A DNA stretch of 64,000 nt, from contig JALHMJ010000011.1 in assembly GCA_022844105.1 (NCBI GenBank), forward strand, positions 35,737 through 99,736, in the 5' to 3' direction. The position numbers and the translations under genes were made by a program. The DNA is from Hyphomicrobium sp. Lineage in GTDB: Bacteria; Pseudomonadota; Alphaproteobacteria; Rhizobiales; Hyphomicrobiaceae. A model generated the notes under the pieces. It saw only the letters and a program-made list of their open reading frames with translations, was not told where the DNA came from and did no database searches. Positions 1 through 10,432 of the stretch are shown here, piece by piece (positions within the stretch are counted from its first letter, which is position 1; every line of letters begins with the position of its first letter).

Positions 1-1
1 C

Positions 2-2203
2 TCGCTCGAAGCGCAAACGCGCGACATCCAGGGCCGCGCGCCCGATGTCGTCGAACTTCAAGAGACGACGGAAAAAGGCCACAGGCTCACCGAGCTCTCA
101 GCTCGCCTGGAACAGGAAATCCACGAAGCTGAACTCGCCGTCGCAGCCGCCGCCGAAACCGCCGCCCGCCATCGAGACGACGCCGCTTCCGCCCGACTAT
201 TGCTGTCGAACCTGAAGACCGAGCGCGAGACGCTGGCCAAGCTGCTCATTCCCGTCCGCGATGACGACCTGCCGCCGATCGTCGATCAGATCAGTGTCAC
301 GCCGGGCTATGAAGCCGCCCTCGGCGCCGCCCTCGGCGAAGATCTCACCGCGCCGATTGCCGAAGACACGCCCGTGCATTGGCGCCTTCTGCACATCGAC
401 ACCACCGACCCCGCCCTGCCGCAGGGCGTCGAACCGCTAAGCCGCTATGTCGATGCGCCGCCGGAATTGCAGCGCCGCCTGTCTCAGATCGGCGTCGTCG
501 CGCAGGAGGCGGGACGAGACCTGCAGAAGTATCTCGCCGCCGGGCAGCGCCTTGTCAGTGTCGATGGCGACCTGTGGCGGTGGGACGGCTATGTGGCAAC
601 CAGCGGCGGCGCCACGTTGGCTGCCCAGCGCCTTGCCGAGCGCAACCGCATGGCCGAGATCGAGGATCGCGAAATCGCGGCCCGCGTAGCGGCCAAATCC
701 CTGCTCGATGCCGAAGCCGCGGCCAACGCGACCCACACCGAAACGCAGGCTCGTGAGCGCCTGCTGCGCGCCGAATGGCGCAAGACGCAAGGCGAACTCG
801 GCACAACGCGCAACCACCTCACCGTCATCGAAAAGCAAGCCCGCGAGACCGAAGCCAAGCTGATCGCCGTCAACGAGGCCAAGGAACGGCTCGCGGCGGA
901 CTTTGCCGAAGCCCGCGCTCGCCTGGCCGAGGCCGAAGCCACTCGCAACGCGGAACTGCAATCGGAAAATCTCGATCCCGTCGCCAACGCAGCCCACGAT
1001 GCCGCCCAATTGGCCCGCCGCGTGGCCGGCGAAAGCCGCGGCAAGCTGCATGCGCTGCGCCGTGAACGCCAGCTCAATGCCGAGCGGCAGGCCGCTGCAC
1101 GCACCGATCGCGACCGCTGGAGCGCGCGCCAGAGCGGGGCCGAACAGCAGATCAAGAGCCTGGACGAGCGCCTCGCCGAAACCCGCACGGAACTCGATAC
1201 GCTGGCTGACCTGCCCGCCAAGATCACCGAGCGGCGCAGCGCCATCCTCTCCGCCATCAGCTTAGCCGAGGCCGACCGGCAAGCCGCCGCCGACCAGTTG
1301 GCCCTCGCCGACACCGGCTTGCGGCAGGCCGTCCAAGCCCTGCGGGCGGCGCAGGCTCAGGTCGGCGAAGCCCGCGAGGGTCGCGCCCGCGTCGAAGCCC
1401 GCCTCGAAAACGCTCGCGCGCGCCGGCAGGACGAGGCCCGACGCATCCGCGACACCTTCGAAGTCGCCCCCGAATCCTGCCTATCCCTAGCCGGCATCGC
1501 GGCCGGTACGGCTCTCCCGCCCCTGGTCGAGATCGACCGTCAGTTGCAGCGCCTGAAATCCGACCGCGAGCGCCTGGGCGGGGTCAATCTCCAGGCCGAC
1601 GACGAGTTGACGGTACTCCTTGAGCAAATCAGCTCCATGGAGACCGAAAAGGCGGACGTCGAGCAGGCGGTGGCCAAGCTGCGGTCGGCCATCGGGCAAT
1701 TGAACAAGGAAGGCAAGAAGCGGCTGGAGGAAGCCTTCGTCACGGTCAACGGCCACTTCCAGCGCCTGTTCACGACATTGTTTGGAGGCGGCGAAGCCCG
1801 TCTGGAAATGGTCGAGTCGGAGGAGGACCCGCTCGAAGGCGGCCTCGAAATCATCGCCAAGCCGCCGGGCAAGAAGCCGGCGACCCTGTCGCTGCTCTCG
1901 GGCGGCGAACAGACGTTGACCGCCTTGTCATTGATTTTCGCAGTCTTTTTGACCAATCCGTCGCCGATCTGCGTGCTCGACGAGGTCGACGCCCCCCTCG
2001 ACGACGCCAATGTCGATCGCTTCTGTACGCTGATGGAAGCCATGGCGAGGGAGACCGCGACGCGCTTTCTGGTCATCACCCACCACCCCATGACCATGGC
2101 GCGCATGAACCGCCTGTTCGGCGTCACAATGTCCGAGCGCGGCATCTCCCAGCTCGTCTCGGTCGACCTCGAAACCGCCCGCTCCTTCCGCGAAGCCGTC
2201 TAA
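2..2203 (+). CDS. smc: Chromosome segregation protein SMC, C-terminal part (5' end upstream of window)
   Basis: Frame is open from nt 2. Long Ala/Glu/Arg/Leu coiled-coil, then ABC signature LSGGEQTLTALSLIFAVF and Walker B ICVLDEVDAPLDD, then FLVITHHPMTM. Confidence 0.93.
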   Translation, partial: SLEAQTRDIQGRAPDVVELQETTEKGHRLTELSARLEQEIHEAELAVAAAAETAARHRDDAASARLLLSNLKTERETLAKLLIPVRDDDLPPIVDQISVTPGYEAALGAALGEDLTAPIAEDTPVHWRLLHIDTTDPALPQGVEPLSRYVDAPPELQRRLSQIGVVAQEAGRDLQKYLAAGQRLVSVDGDLWRWDGYVATSGGATLAAQRLAERNRMAEIEDREIAARVAAKSLLDAEAAANATHTETQARERLLRAEWRKTQGELGTTRNHLTVIEKQARETEAKLIAVNEAKERLAADFAEARARLAEAEATRNAELQSENLDPVANAAHDAAQLARRVAGESRGKLHALRRERQLNAERQAAARTDRDRWSARQSGAEQQIKSLDERLAETRTELDTLADLPAKITERRSAILSAISLAEADRQAAADQLALADTGLRQAVQALRAAQAQVGEAREGRARVEARLENARARRQDEARRIRDTFEVAPESCLSLAGIAAGTALPPLVEIDRQLQRLKSDRERLGGVNLQADDELTVLLEQISSMETEKADVEQAVAKLRSAIGQLNKEGKKRLEEAFVTVNGHFQRLFTTLFGGGEARLEMVESEEDPLEGGLEIIAKPPGKKPATLSLLSGGEQTLTALSLIFAVFLTNPSPICVLDEVDAPLDDANVDRFCTLMEAMARETATRFLVITHHPMTMARMNRLFGVTMSERGISQLVSVDLETARSFREAV

Positions 2204-2218
2204 ATCGCCTCCGGCCCA

Positions 2219-2466
2219 TCGCTTCCGGCCGGCTCCCCAATGGGCAGTCGGAAGCGAAAAACAAAAATTCAAGTCGGAAGCGACAAACACAGCCCGTCGC
2301 TTCCGGCCGGCTCCCCGACAGGGGAGTCGGAAGCGACAGACATAATCTCGCTTCCGGCCGGCTCCCCGACAGGGGAGTCGGAAGCGACAAACAAAAATTC
2401 AAGTCGGAAGTGACAAACACAGCCCGTCGCTTCCGGCCGGCTCCCCGCCAGGGGAGTCGGAAGCGA
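2219..2466. repeat. REP/BIME-like array: four ~40-bp palindromic hairpin units arranged as two copies of a 129-bp composite unit
   Basis: Units tcgcttccggccggctcccc-NNNN-gggnagtcggaagcga at 2219-2257, 2297-2336, 2348-2387 and 2427-2466. The 39-bp spacers (2258-2296 and 2388-2426) are near-identical to each other and contain an extra half-site agtcggaag(c/t)ga. Confidence 0.85.
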
Positions 2467-2605
2467 CAACTAAAGACTCTCTTCCCTGCGCGGTTTCGCC
2501 GTACCCATGCCTCCAACCACCGCAGCCACCCTTTCTTGACACCCCTGGGGGGCGCTCATATGGTGCGGCGCGCTCGAAAACCTTCGCGTTTTCGGCGGTT
2601 TCCCG

Positions 2606-3034
2606 TTGAGGAACTCGATGTCGGACCCAGACCATGGGGCTGCCCCTGAAAAGGGACAACTGAGCCCCGAGGATATCGCTGAGTTCAAACGCCGGGCCTC
2701 TCAATTGGGCACGCGTATTGAGAGTGCCCAGGCGGAGAAACAGGCCGAAATCGAGGAGCAGCAGGACCGGGCCAACCGCTCACGCGGCATGGCGTACGGT
2801 CTGAGAATGTCGTCCGAACTCGTCGCGGCCATTCTGGTCGGTGGGTTCATGGGCTACATGCTCGACACCTGGCTTGGCACCAAGCCGTGGCTGTTTCTTG
2901 TGTTCATGATGCTGGGGTTCACGGCAGGCATCCTCAATATATTGAGGGCCTTCAAGCGGATACAGGCCGAAATCGAGTCCCAGAAGGACTTTAACGTAGG
3001 GCGGTCCGCGCCCGACAGCAACGACGACCGATAA
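2606..3034 (+). CDS. atpI: ATP synthase protein I (AtpI-like small membrane protein)
   Basis: Sits directly upstream of atpB. Two TM helices (ELVAAILVGGFMGYML, WLFLVFMMLGFTAGILNIL). GAGGAA SD before the ATG. Confidence 0.75.
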   Translation: MRNSMSDPDHGAAPEKGQLSPEDIAEFKRRASQLGTRIESAQAEKQAEIEEQQDRANRSRGMAYGLRMSSELVAAILVGGFMGYMLDTWLGTKPWLFLVFMMLGFTAGILNILRAFKRIQAEIESQKDFNVGRSAPDSNDDR

Positions 3035-3064
3035 ACGAACGACCATAAGAACCGGGGTAGGGAC

Positions 3065-3847
3065 GTGGCAGCAGAACACGGAGCACAAGGTGGTGTCGGG
3101 ATGCCGGACCCCATCCATCAATTTGAGGTCAAGCGCCTCATCCCGCTCGATTTCTTTGGCGTCGATGCCACCTTCACGAACTCCGCCCTGTTCATGGTCG
3201 CTGGCGTGCTCTTGAGCTTCGGCTTGCTTATGTATGCCTCGCGCGGCCGCTCGCTCGTGCCCAGCCGCCTTCAGTCGGTGGCCGAGAGCCTCTATGAATT
3301 CGTCGCCGGCATGGTCCGCGACAGCATGGGCGAGCAGGGCATGAAGTTCTTCCCGCTCATCTTCACGTTTTTCCTATTCATTTTGACCTTGAATATGCTC
3401 GGCATGGTCCCGGGTTTCTTCACGGTCACGAGCCAGCTTTGGGTCACCGCGGCGCTCGCCGTCTTCGTGTTTCTCACCGTCATCGTCATCGGCTTTGCCA
3501 AGAACGGGCTTGGATTTCTCAAGCTTTTCGTGCCCGACGGCGTCCCGATCTATGTTCTGCCGCTGGTGTCGATGATCGAAGTCATTTCGTTCTTCTCACG
3601 CCCGCTCAGCCACTCGCTGCGCCTCTTCGCCAACATGCTGGCTGGACACATCACGCTCAAGGTCTTCGCCGGCTTCATCATCATGCTGCTCGGCGCCGGT
3701 GGCGCGGCATCTGCGATCGCCCCCTTGCCGCTGCTTGCGGTTCTGGGCATTACCGCGCTCGAGTTCCTCGTCGCATTCCTGCAGGCCTACGTTTTCACGA
3801 TGCTGACCTGCATGTACCTGAACGACGCTCTGCATCCGGGCCACTAA
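3065..3847 (+). CDS. atpB: F0F1 ATP synthase subunit a
   Basis: DPIHQFEV N-terminus, polytopic membrane protein, conserved [15 protein letters not shown] motif with the essential Arg. Start could instead be ATG 3101. Confidence 0.93.
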   Translation: MAAEHGAQGGVGMPDPIHQFEVKRLIPLDFFGVDATFTNSALFMVAGVLLSFGLLMYASRGRSLVPSRLQSVAESLYEFVAGMVRDSMGEQGMKFFPLIFTFFLFILTLNMLGMVPGFFTVTSQLWVTAALAVFVFLTVIVIGFAKNGLGFLKLFVPDGVPIYVLPLVSMIEVISFFSRPLSHSLRLFANMLAGHITLKVFAGFIIMLLGAGGAASAIAPLPLLAVLGITALEFLVAFLQAYVFTMLTCMYLNDALHPGH

Positions 3848-3904
3848 GGGCCGCGGACGACGGGCAATCACTCAAACACCACGATCAACATAGGGAGAGA
3901 GTTT

Positions 3905-4129
3905 ATGGATCCTCAATCGGCAAAGTATATCGGTGCGGGCATTGCAGCGCTCGGCATCGGCATCGCAGCCATTGGCGTCGGCAACCTGTTCGGCCAGTTC
4001 CTGCAGGGCGCACTGCGCAACCCGTCGGCCGCTGATGGCCAGTTCGGCCGCCTGATTTTCGGCTTCGCCGTGACGGAAGCCCTGGGCATCTTCGCCCTCG
4101 TCATCGCATTCCTGCTGTTGTTCACCTGA
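3905..4129 (+). CDS. atpE: F0F1 ATP synthase subunit c
   Basis: 74-aa hairpin proteolipid, GxGxGxG helix (GIGIAAIGVGNLFG), carboxylate helix FGFAVTEALGIFALV. GGGAGAG SD. Confidence 0.95.
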   Translation: MDPQSAKYIGAGIAALGIGIAAIGVGNLFGQFLQGALRNPSAADGQFGRLIFGFAVTEALGIFALVIAFLLLFT

Positions 4130-4314
4130 TATCGGGCACGGCAGACACCATTGCCGGGGCGCCATGGCTGGCGCCTTGGCGTCACTCTTACGAACGGTTG
4201 TGCGACGCACCGGCCGCAAGGCTGATTCGTTGCATCCCGCGCGATGAAGACCAGAGCCGTGTGGCCCATCCGGGCTGCCGACCCTGATCAGGCCCAATCA
4301 TACAAGGCCATCCA

Positions 4315-4860
4315 ATGACCGAGCCCGTCATCACGGGAACTGAAGTCCCGCACGGCGGCACCGCGAACAAGGTGTTCCCGCCGCTCGACCCGACGACCGT
4401 TTCGCCCCAGCTCGTCTGGCTGGCGATTACGTTTGTCGCTCTCTATTTTCTTCTGAAGAAGCTCGCGATCCCCCGCATCGGCGGTGTGATCGAAGAGCGC
4501 CAGAACCGCATCCAGCGCGACATCGACGCGGCCGAACGACTGAAGGACGATGTTGACGGGGCCATGAAGGCTTACGAGAAGGCCCTCACCGACGCGCGCG
4601 GCAACGCGACGTCGATTGCCCGCGAAACGCGCGACCGTCTCACCTCTGAAGTTGACCGCGAACGCGCTGCGGTCGAAGCAGCAACGTCCAAGAAGCTCGC
4701 CGAAGCCGAAGCCCGCATCGAAGCGACAAAACTCAAGGCACTTTCGAGCGTCGACGAAATTGCCGCTGACATCGCAGGCCCGGTGGTCAAGCAGCTGACC
4801 GGCAAGGATGTTGGCGCCGATGAAATCAAGCGCGCCCTCAGCGCCGCGGCCGGGGAGTAA
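4315..4860 (+). CDS. atpF2: F0F1 ATP synthase subunit b'
   Basis: Single N-terminal TM helix followed by a long charged Ala/Glu/Lys/Arg helix. Position between atpE and atpF is typical of the alphaproteobacterial F0 operon. Confidence 0.85.
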   Translation: MTEPVITGTEVPHGGTANKVFPPLDPTTVSPQLVWLAITFVALYFLLKKLAIPRIGGVIEERQNRIQRDIDAAERLKDDVDGAMKAYEKALTDARGNATSIARETRDRLTSEVDRERAAVEAATSKKLAEAEARIEATKLKALSSVDEIAADIAGPVVKQLTGKDVGADEIKRALSAAAGE

Positions 4861-4865
4861 CGCGC

Positions 4866-5384
4866 ATGATCAGCCTCATCGCAATGGTCAATTATTTCGA
4901 CCCGAAAGACACCTACTTCTGGACGTTACTTGCCCTGATCGGCTTCTTCGGCGTCCTGTATTACTTCAAGGTCCACGAAAGCGTCGGCAAATCGCTTGAT
5001 GCGCGCGCCGATGCCATCCGCAAGGAACTGGACGATGCCCGCCGCATGCGGGAAGAGGCCCAGCAGCTGCTTGCCGATTACCAGCGCCGCAGCAAGGAAG
5101 CGGAAGAAGAAGCCAAGGAAATCATCGCCGCCGCCAAGCGCGAAGCTGAAACGCTGGCCGCCGAAACGCGCCGCGCTTTAGCCGAAACGCTGGAACGTCG
5201 AACCAAATCGGCCGAAGAGAAAATCGCCCGTGCGGAAGCGCAGGCCGTCGGCGAAGTCCGCGCTGCGGCCGTTGATGTGGCGCTGGCCACCGCCGAGAAA
5301 ATCATGCGGGCGAAGGTCATCGGTTCGGAAGCCGAAGCCCTCATCGCAACCAGTATTCGCGACCTGAAGGGCAGCCTCAACTGA
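4866..5384 (+). CDS. atpF: F0F1 ATP synthase subunit b
   Basis: N-terminal TM helix (FWTLLALIGFFGVLYYF) plus a long charged helix. GGGGAG SD. Last gene of the F0 operon. Confidence 0.88.
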   Translation: MISLIAMVNYFDPKDTYFWTLLALIGFFGVLYYFKVHESVGKSLDARADAIRKELDDARRMREEAQQLLADYQRRSKEAEEEAKEIIAAAKREAETLAAETRRALAETLERRTKSAEEKIARAEAQAVGEVRAAAVDVALATAEKIMRAKVIGSEAEALIATSIRDLKGSLN

Positions 5385-5406
5385 GGTCGCCCGTCGTGAC
5401 AAATGC

Positions 5407-5434
5407 AAAAGGCCGGGTTCGCCCGGCCTTTTTT
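5407..5434. terminator. Bidirectional rho-independent terminator
   Basis: aaaa-GGCCGGG-ttcg-CCCGGCC-tttttt, between convergent atpF and the lipoprotein gene. Confidence 0.75.
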
Positions 5435-5458
5435 ATTGCGCTTGAGGTTATGCGCGGC

Positions 5459-6112
5459 TCAGCCGGCGCCCGGCGTCGCGCGATCGAAGGCGACGAAGAC
5501 CTGATAATCGCCGGGACGTGAGCCCTCCGGCAGATCGAAGGTGATCGTTCGCACGGCCGAGAAGTAGCCAATCGGATTGTCGACGCTGACATTCACGTCG
5601 ACCGTGAGCTTGTCGTTGATCAGGCGGTTGCGTTTCTCGTCGGTCACGAAAACCGAGACCGGAAGCACGACGGGCCCCGGCCGTCCTTTAGGACCCAGAA
5701 GAATACGGCCGGAAAACCCGTACTTCACCGTGACGCGGCCCGGCTCGATCGAGCACTCGCGCGCCGTCTTGGTGATCTCGCCGCGGTGCATGACGGCCAT
5801 GCCGTCGCCGACGCGGCCCTGCTCATAGATTGTAACAAAATTGTCCTTGGGCCACGGCACGAACCGCGGGCAGCCGGCTGATATCTCGATGCCGCCCGTC
5901 GACGCGCCGGCATCGCCGTTTTGCGCCGCCGTCAAAAGTTGCGCCTCGCTGACTGCGCCCGTCTCGGTCTTGGCGGTGCTCCCGCCCATGATGCCGGAGC
6001 CCAGCCCCGACGTGATCGACGACAAACCGCACCCACCCAGAAGGCTGGCAGCCCACAGCGCCATCGCGAGCTTCGAAGCCCGGTACGCAGCCGTAGGGAT
6101 AGATTGCGTCAT
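5459..6112 (-). CDS. Hypothetical lipoprotein
   Basis: Signal peptide with lipobox ASLLGGC|G. High-GC3 coding frame. No family recognised. Confidence 0.6.
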   Translation of the reverse strand: MTQSIPTAAYRASKLAMALWAASLLGGCGLSSITSGLGSGIMGGSTAKTETGAVSEAQLLTAAQNGDAGASTGGIEISAGCPRFVPWPKDNFVTIYEQGRVGDGMAVMHRGEITKTARECSIEPGRVTVKYGFSGRILLGPKGRPGPVVLPVSVFVTDEKRNRLINDKLTVDVNVSVDNPIGYFSAVRTITFDLPEGSRPGDYQVFVAFDRATPGAG

Positions 6113-6280
6113 TGCGTGCCCATCCGCATAATGCTGCCGCGAGCGAAGACTAATAAGGCGGACGGTTGATCGGCCATATTCGTTACGTCTTCTCCCGCGT
6201 CATGATTCGAACTGTAACACCCCGCCGACAGCGCGGACAATTCCGTAAGCGCCTCCATCCGCCACAGACTATGCAGGAAC

Positions 6281-7321
6281 TTGAAGCCGATGTCGGTTAC
6301 GCCACAGGACGGATTAACCACACGCCCGCGACTCGATGTTCTTCTGGCCGCGCCGCGCGGCTTTTGCGCCGGCGTGGATCGAGCCATCCAGATCGTGGAG
6401 TTGGCATTGGCCAAATACGGCGCTCCCGTCTACGTCCGGCATGAGATCGTCCACAACAGGTTTGTCGTTGATGCTCTCAAGGCAAAAGGTGCCGTTTTTG
6501 TGGACAACCTCGATCAGATCCCCGCCACCGATCAACCCGTGATCTTTTCGGCACACGGAGTCGCCAAGTCGGTCGTCGCCGAAGCCCGCCACCGCAATAT
6601 GTTCTCACTCGATGCAACCTGTCCGCTTGTCTACAAAGTCCACATCGAGGCGCAGCGTCATCATCTGGAAGGCCGGGAGATTGTTCTGGTTGGACATAAG
6701 GGCCATCCGGAAGTCGAAGGCACGATGGGACAACTGCCGGACGGCGCCGTGCGGTTGATCGAAACGGCCGCCGATGCCCGCGCATTCGCCCCGATCGACC
6801 CTGACAAGCTCGCGTTCGTCACCCAAACGACGCTATCGGTCGACGACACCGCCGAGATCGTGGCGATTCTCAATGAACGTTTCCCCGGCATTGCCGGCCC
6901 GATGAAGGAAGACATCTGCTACGCGACCACCAATCGCCAGGCCGCCGTCAAAGCCATCGCTCCAAGGCTCGACTGCCTGCTCGTCATCGGAGCACCCAAT
7001 TCGTCCAACTCCGTCCGCCTCGTTGAGGTGGCGGAGCGGGCCGGCTGCGCCAATGCCGCGCTCATCCAGCGCGCCGCCGATCTGCCGTGGCCGCGTTTGG
7101 AGGGCGTGCGCACGCTCGGCATTACCGCCGGCGCGTCGGCTCCCGAGCAACTGGTCAACGAAGTTATCGACGCATTGAAGACCCGCTTTGACGTTCATAT
7201 CGACGTCGTCTCGACCGCCACGGAAAACATCGCCTTCAATGTGCCGCGCGAACTGCGTGACGTCCGCGCCCCCGGCTCTACCTCGTCGCTCGCCGCCGAG
7301 AAGCCCGTCCCGACCATGTGA
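6281..7321 (+). CDS. ispH: 4-hydroxy-3-methylbut-2-enyl diphosphate reductase
   Basis: [60 protein letters not shown] are classic IspH/LytB motifs. Start may be ATG 6290. Confidence 0.93.
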   Translation: MKPMSVTPQDGLTTRPRLDVLLAAPRGFCAGVDRAIQIVELALAKYGAPVYVRHEIVHNRFVVDALKAKGAVFVDNLDQIPATDQPVIFSAHGVAKSVVAEARHRNMFSLDATCPLVYKVHIEAQRHHLEGREIVLVGHKGHPEVEGTMGQLPDGAVRLIETAADARAFAPIDPDKLAFVTQTTLSVDDTAEIVAILNERFPGIAGPMKEDICYATTNRQAAVKAIAPRLDCLLVIGAPNSSNSVRLVEVAERAGCANAALIQRAADLPWPRLEGVRTLGITAGASAPEQLVNEVIDALKTRFDVHIDVVSTATENIAFNVPRELRDVRAPGSTSSLAAEKPVPTM

Positions 7322-7331
7322 GTAGAGCCGC

Positions 7332-8303
7332 ATGGCCGTTTACACCGAAGTCACCGACGACGACCTGTCGGCATTTCTCGCGCGATACGATGCCGGCAGC
7401 CTCGTGGCCTACAAAGGCATTGCCGAAGGCGTCGAAAATACGAACTACCTCGTGCAGACGACGGCCGGCCGTTTCATTCTCACCCTTTACGAAAAGCGCG
7501 TCGCGCCGACCGACCTGCCGTTCTTCCTCGGCTTGATGGAACACGTCGCCGAGCGCGGCGTCTCCTGCCCCCGCCCTGTGCACGCCCGCGACGGCACCGT
7601 GCTGTCGCAACTGGCCGGCCGCAGCGCGGCGATGGTGACGTTCCTCGACGGCTTTTCGGTCAGGAAACCGCGCGCCGACCACTGCCTGAAGCTCGGCCGT
7701 GCACTGGCGCAATTCCACCTCGCCGCCGCCGATTTTGAATTGAAGCGATTCAACGCGCTCGGCGAAACGGGGTGGCGGCCATTGTTCAAAAAGATCGAAG
7801 ATCGCGCCGATGACATCGTCCCCGGATTGCAGGCTCTCATCGGTGCCGAACTCGATGGTCTCGACGCCAACTGGCCGCGTGGTTTGCCGGGCGGCATCAT
7901 CCACGCCGACCTTTTCCCCGATAACGTCTTCTTCCTCGATGACCGGCTGTCCGGCCTGATCGATTTCTACTTCGCCTGCAACGATGCCTTCGCCTACGAC
8001 ATCGCCATCTGCCTCAACGCGTGGTGTTTCGAACCCGATTATGCATTCAACCTGACCAAGGGCCGCGCCTTGCTCGAAGGTTACGACAGCATCCGCACGC
8101 TTGAGCCGGCCGAGCGCCAAGCCATGCCGATCCTCGCCCGCGGTGCCGCCGTCCGCTTCCTGCTGACGCGGTCGTACGATTGGCTGAACCGGCCACCCAA
8201 CGCGCTTGTGACGCCGCACAACCCGTTCGATTACGTCCGCCGGCTGCGCTTCCACCAGTCGATCCGCTCCATTGCGGCTTACGGTCTGGGCGACGCCGCA
8301 TGA
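7332..8303 (+). CDS. thrB: Homoserine kinase (ThrB, APH-fold type)
   Basis: [20 protein letters not shown]...[12 protein letters not shown]-terminus. [13 protein letters not shown] catalytic loop. LIDFYFAC. Confidence 0.9.
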   Translation: MAVYTEVTDDDLSAFLARYDAGSLVAYKGIAEGVENTNYLVQTTAGRFILTLYEKRVAPTDLPFFLGLMEHVAERGVSCPRPVHARDGTVLSQLAGRSAAMVTFLDGFSVRKPRADHCLKLGRALAQFHLAAADFELKRFNALGETGWRPLFKKIEDRADDIVPGLQALIGAELDGLDANWPRGLPGGIIHADLFPDNVFFLDDRLSGLIDFYFACNDAFAYDIAICLNAWCFEPDYAFNLTKGRALLEGYDSIRTLEPAERQAMPILARGAAVRFLLTRSYDWLNRPPNALVTPHNPFDYVRRLRFHQSIRSIAAYGLGDAA

Positions 8304-8758
8304 CCCACGCCGAAACAAAGAAAATCGTGATCTATACCGACGGCGCCTGCTCTGGAAATCCAGGGCCCGGCGGCTGGGGCGCCATTCTCATCTGGGGCGA
8401 CCACCGCAAGGAACTGTGCGGCGGCGCGGCCGACACCACGAACAACCGTATGGAGCTTCAGGCCGTCATCGAAGCGCTCGGCGCGCTGACGCGGGCCGGC
8501 CATATCGATCTTTATACCGATAGCGCCTACGTCAAGAACGGCATCACGGCCTGGATTCATTCCTGGAAAAAGAACGGCTGGAAAACGGCCGATAAGAAGC
8601 CGGTCAAAAATGCCGACCTTTGGCAACAGCTCGAAGCTGCACGCCACCTGCACGAGATCGACTGGCATTGGGTCAAGGGGCACGCCGGCCATCCCGAAAA
8701 CGAACGTGCCGACGAGTTGGCGCGTCAGGGCATGAAACCTTTCAAACCCGCGCGCTGA
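8300..8758 (+). CDS. rnhA: Ribonuclease HI
   Basis: [55 protein letters not shown]. The ATG overlaps the thrB stop (ATGA). The ORF-track extension back to 8180 is rejected. Confidence 0.93.
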   Translation: MTHAETKKIVIYTDGACSGNPGPGGWGAILIWGDHRKELCGGAADTTNNRMELQAVIEALGALTRAGHIDLYTDSAYVKNGITAWIHSWKKNGWKTADKKPVKNADLWQQLEAARHLHEIDWHWVKGHAGHPENERADELARQGMKPFKPAR

Positions 8759-8772
8759 CCCAGTGCAAAAAA

Positions 8773-8806
8773 GACCGCGCCACCATTTTGGCTGCGCGGC
8801 CTTTTC
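8773..8806. terminator. Possible rho-independent terminator between convergent rnhA and prx
   Basis: gaCCGCGC-13 nt loop-GCGCGGcc followed by ttttc. The stem is short and the loop long. Confidence 0.4.
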
Positions 8807-8821
8807 TATTGTAACGGATGA

Positions 8822-9325
8822 TTAGACCACGTTGTCGATCATCGCGCACATCGTGTCCGCACTCGATTTATCGTGCGCCGGCGGCGACGGGTCGACATTC
8901 AAAACCTTCACCACACCGTCGTCGACCAACATCGCATAGCGCTTTGAGCGCACGCCGAGCCCGATGCCGGCGCCCGTCAGATCGATGTCGAGACCGATGG
9001 CCTTCGCGAACGCCGCACTATCGTCGGTCAGCATCACAATCCGGCCCTTTGAACCCGTGGCCTTTGCCCATTCGTCCATGACGAAAACATCGTTGACGGC
9101 GGTGCAGGCAATCGTATCGACGCCCTTCGCTTTCAAATCGTCGGCGCGGTGAACAAATCCCGGCATGTGTTGCAAATGGCAAGTTGGAGTGAACGCTCCC
9201 GGCACGGCGAAAAGCGCCACCTTTTTACCCTTGAAGATTTCGGCCGTGGTGAGCGGCTTCGGCCCGTCATCCGTCAGTGTCATGAACTTTGCGTCGGGCA
9301 GCCCGTCGCCAACTTTGATCGTCAT
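8822..9325 (-). CDS. Peroxiredoxin, Prx5 subfamily
   Basis: FAVPGAFTPTCHLQHMPGF peroxidatic-Cys motif. 167 aa. Confidence 0.9.
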   Translation of the reverse strand: MTIKVGDGLPDAKFMTLTDDGPKPLTTAEIFKGKKVALFAVPGAFTPTCHLQHMPGFVHRADDLKAKGVDTIACTAVNDVFVMDEWAKATGSKGRIVMLTDDSAAFAKAIGLDIDLTGAGIGLGVRSKRYAMLVDDGVVKVLNVDPSPPAHDKSSADTMCAMIDNVV

Positions 9326-9413
9326 ACGTGTGCTCCTTTACGTCGTGGTCCGTGTGTGATGCATGATAGGCGGCGGCCCCGGCTATTCGATCATGGGTTC
9401 AATCGTTCATGGG

Positions 9414-10310
9414 CTAGTCGATAACGAACGTGTCTTCCGATTGCCCCTTGCTCCCTTTCATGGTCACGCTCACCTGCTCGCCCTTCAATGCGGCCAATTC
9501 TTCGTCCGCCATCGTCACCGCGAACGTGACCGTCTCGCCCTCGACGCCCGCCCGTTGCGGCATGGCAATGTAGCGCCCATCCGCGACCGCAAGATAAACG
9601 GCGGCGTCGGCGGGATCGCCTGGGAACGTCGCCGAAAGTTTGAGGGTTTTTGATCCACCTTGCGACGGGTCATTGCCGGGAGGTTCAATCTTGAAGCCCG
9701 TTGGATCGCCCGACTTCACTGCGGCGCCCGAACGTGGCACGGCGGCATACGCCCGCTCGGCATCGGTTCCGGCAGATGCCCGCGGCGCCGGCGGCACATC
9801 CAGCGACAGCGTCACCTCGGCCGGCACGCACAACTTTTCGCAGATGCCATAGTTGGCGGTGACCACGATCGTGACCGGCAGGGCCGGGTCCTGCGGCGTG
9901 ATCCGGATCGGAAACATCACATACTCACGGTATCCGATGACGTCGCCCGCCTTGTCGCTGATCACCTGCGGCACGGGAAACAACGCTTCGGCATGGGCGA
10001 CGTTCTTTGATCCGCCGAAGTTGAACTCAGGCGGAATGCCGCCCGCCGTCCCTGGATTTTTCCAGTAGGTCTTCCAACCCTTGTTTAAGGCGAGTTCGAG
10101 AAACGCCGTCACCGTGTCCGGCATCGCGCCAGGCACATCTCCCGCCAAAAGACGCACACGATGCCGCTCGCTTTCCATCCAGTCCGTCGCGATCTCTTGC
10201 GCGCCAACCGGCGCTGCTGCCCCAATGGCGATGGCCGCCGCGACCATGCCGGCGACGAACGCCCGCCCGCGTCCCGTCACCTTGCGGCCCGCATCCTGCA
10301 CGCTCCTCAT
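9414..10310 (-). CDS. Periplasmic DsbD-alpha-domain-like protein (thiol:disulfide interchange family)
   Basis: Signal peptide AAAIAIGAAAPVGAQE. GWKTYWKNPG and NYGICEKLCVP Cys-pair motifs. Start chosen at MRSVQ (10310) rather than the ORF-track 10364. Confidence 0.65.
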   Translation of the reverse strand: MRSVQDAGRKVTGRGRAFVAGMVAAAIAIGAAAPVGAQEIATDWMESERHRVRLLAGDVPGAMPDTVTAFLELALNKGWKTYWKNPGTAGGIPPEFNFGGSKNVAHAEALFPVPQVISDKAGDVIGYREYVMFPIRITPQDPALPVTIVVTANYGICEKLCVPAEVTLSLDVPPAPRASAGTDAERAYAAVPRSGAAVKSGDPTGFKIEPPGNDPSQGGSKTLKLSATFPGDPADAAVYLAVADGRYIAMPQRAGVEGETVTFAVTMADEELAALKGEQVSVTMKGSKGQSEDTFVID

Positions 10311-10432
10311 AGAGCCGTTCCTCTTTCGCCGCGAATTATGGCAACAAGCATGGAAATTATTCACCTGCGAGCATCATTTCTACACACGCCAGACCCTTCA
10401 CAGATCCGCCTCAGACGCATTACATTGTTCCG

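Noticed and set aside
2219-2466. Possible CRISPR array
   Set aside because: The repeats are themselves palindromic hairpins. The spacers are duplicated copies of each other (39, 11 and 39 bp). No cas genes are nearby. A REP/BIME-like element explains the pattern better.
2124-2704. Several minus- and plus-strand ORFs (130, 66, 101, 79 and 72 aa) across the smc-atpI spacer
   Set aside because: They are translations of the palindromic repeat array (repeated peptides such as SLPTPLSGSRPEA) and have no start context.
8180-8299. Upstream extension of rnhA
   Set aside because: It lies inside thrB in another frame. The ATG at 8300 gives the standard RNase HI N-terminus with ATGA coupling.
7278-8318. 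346-aa minus-strand ORF
   Set aside because: It is the exact antisense shadow of thrB, and no family-like motifs are present.
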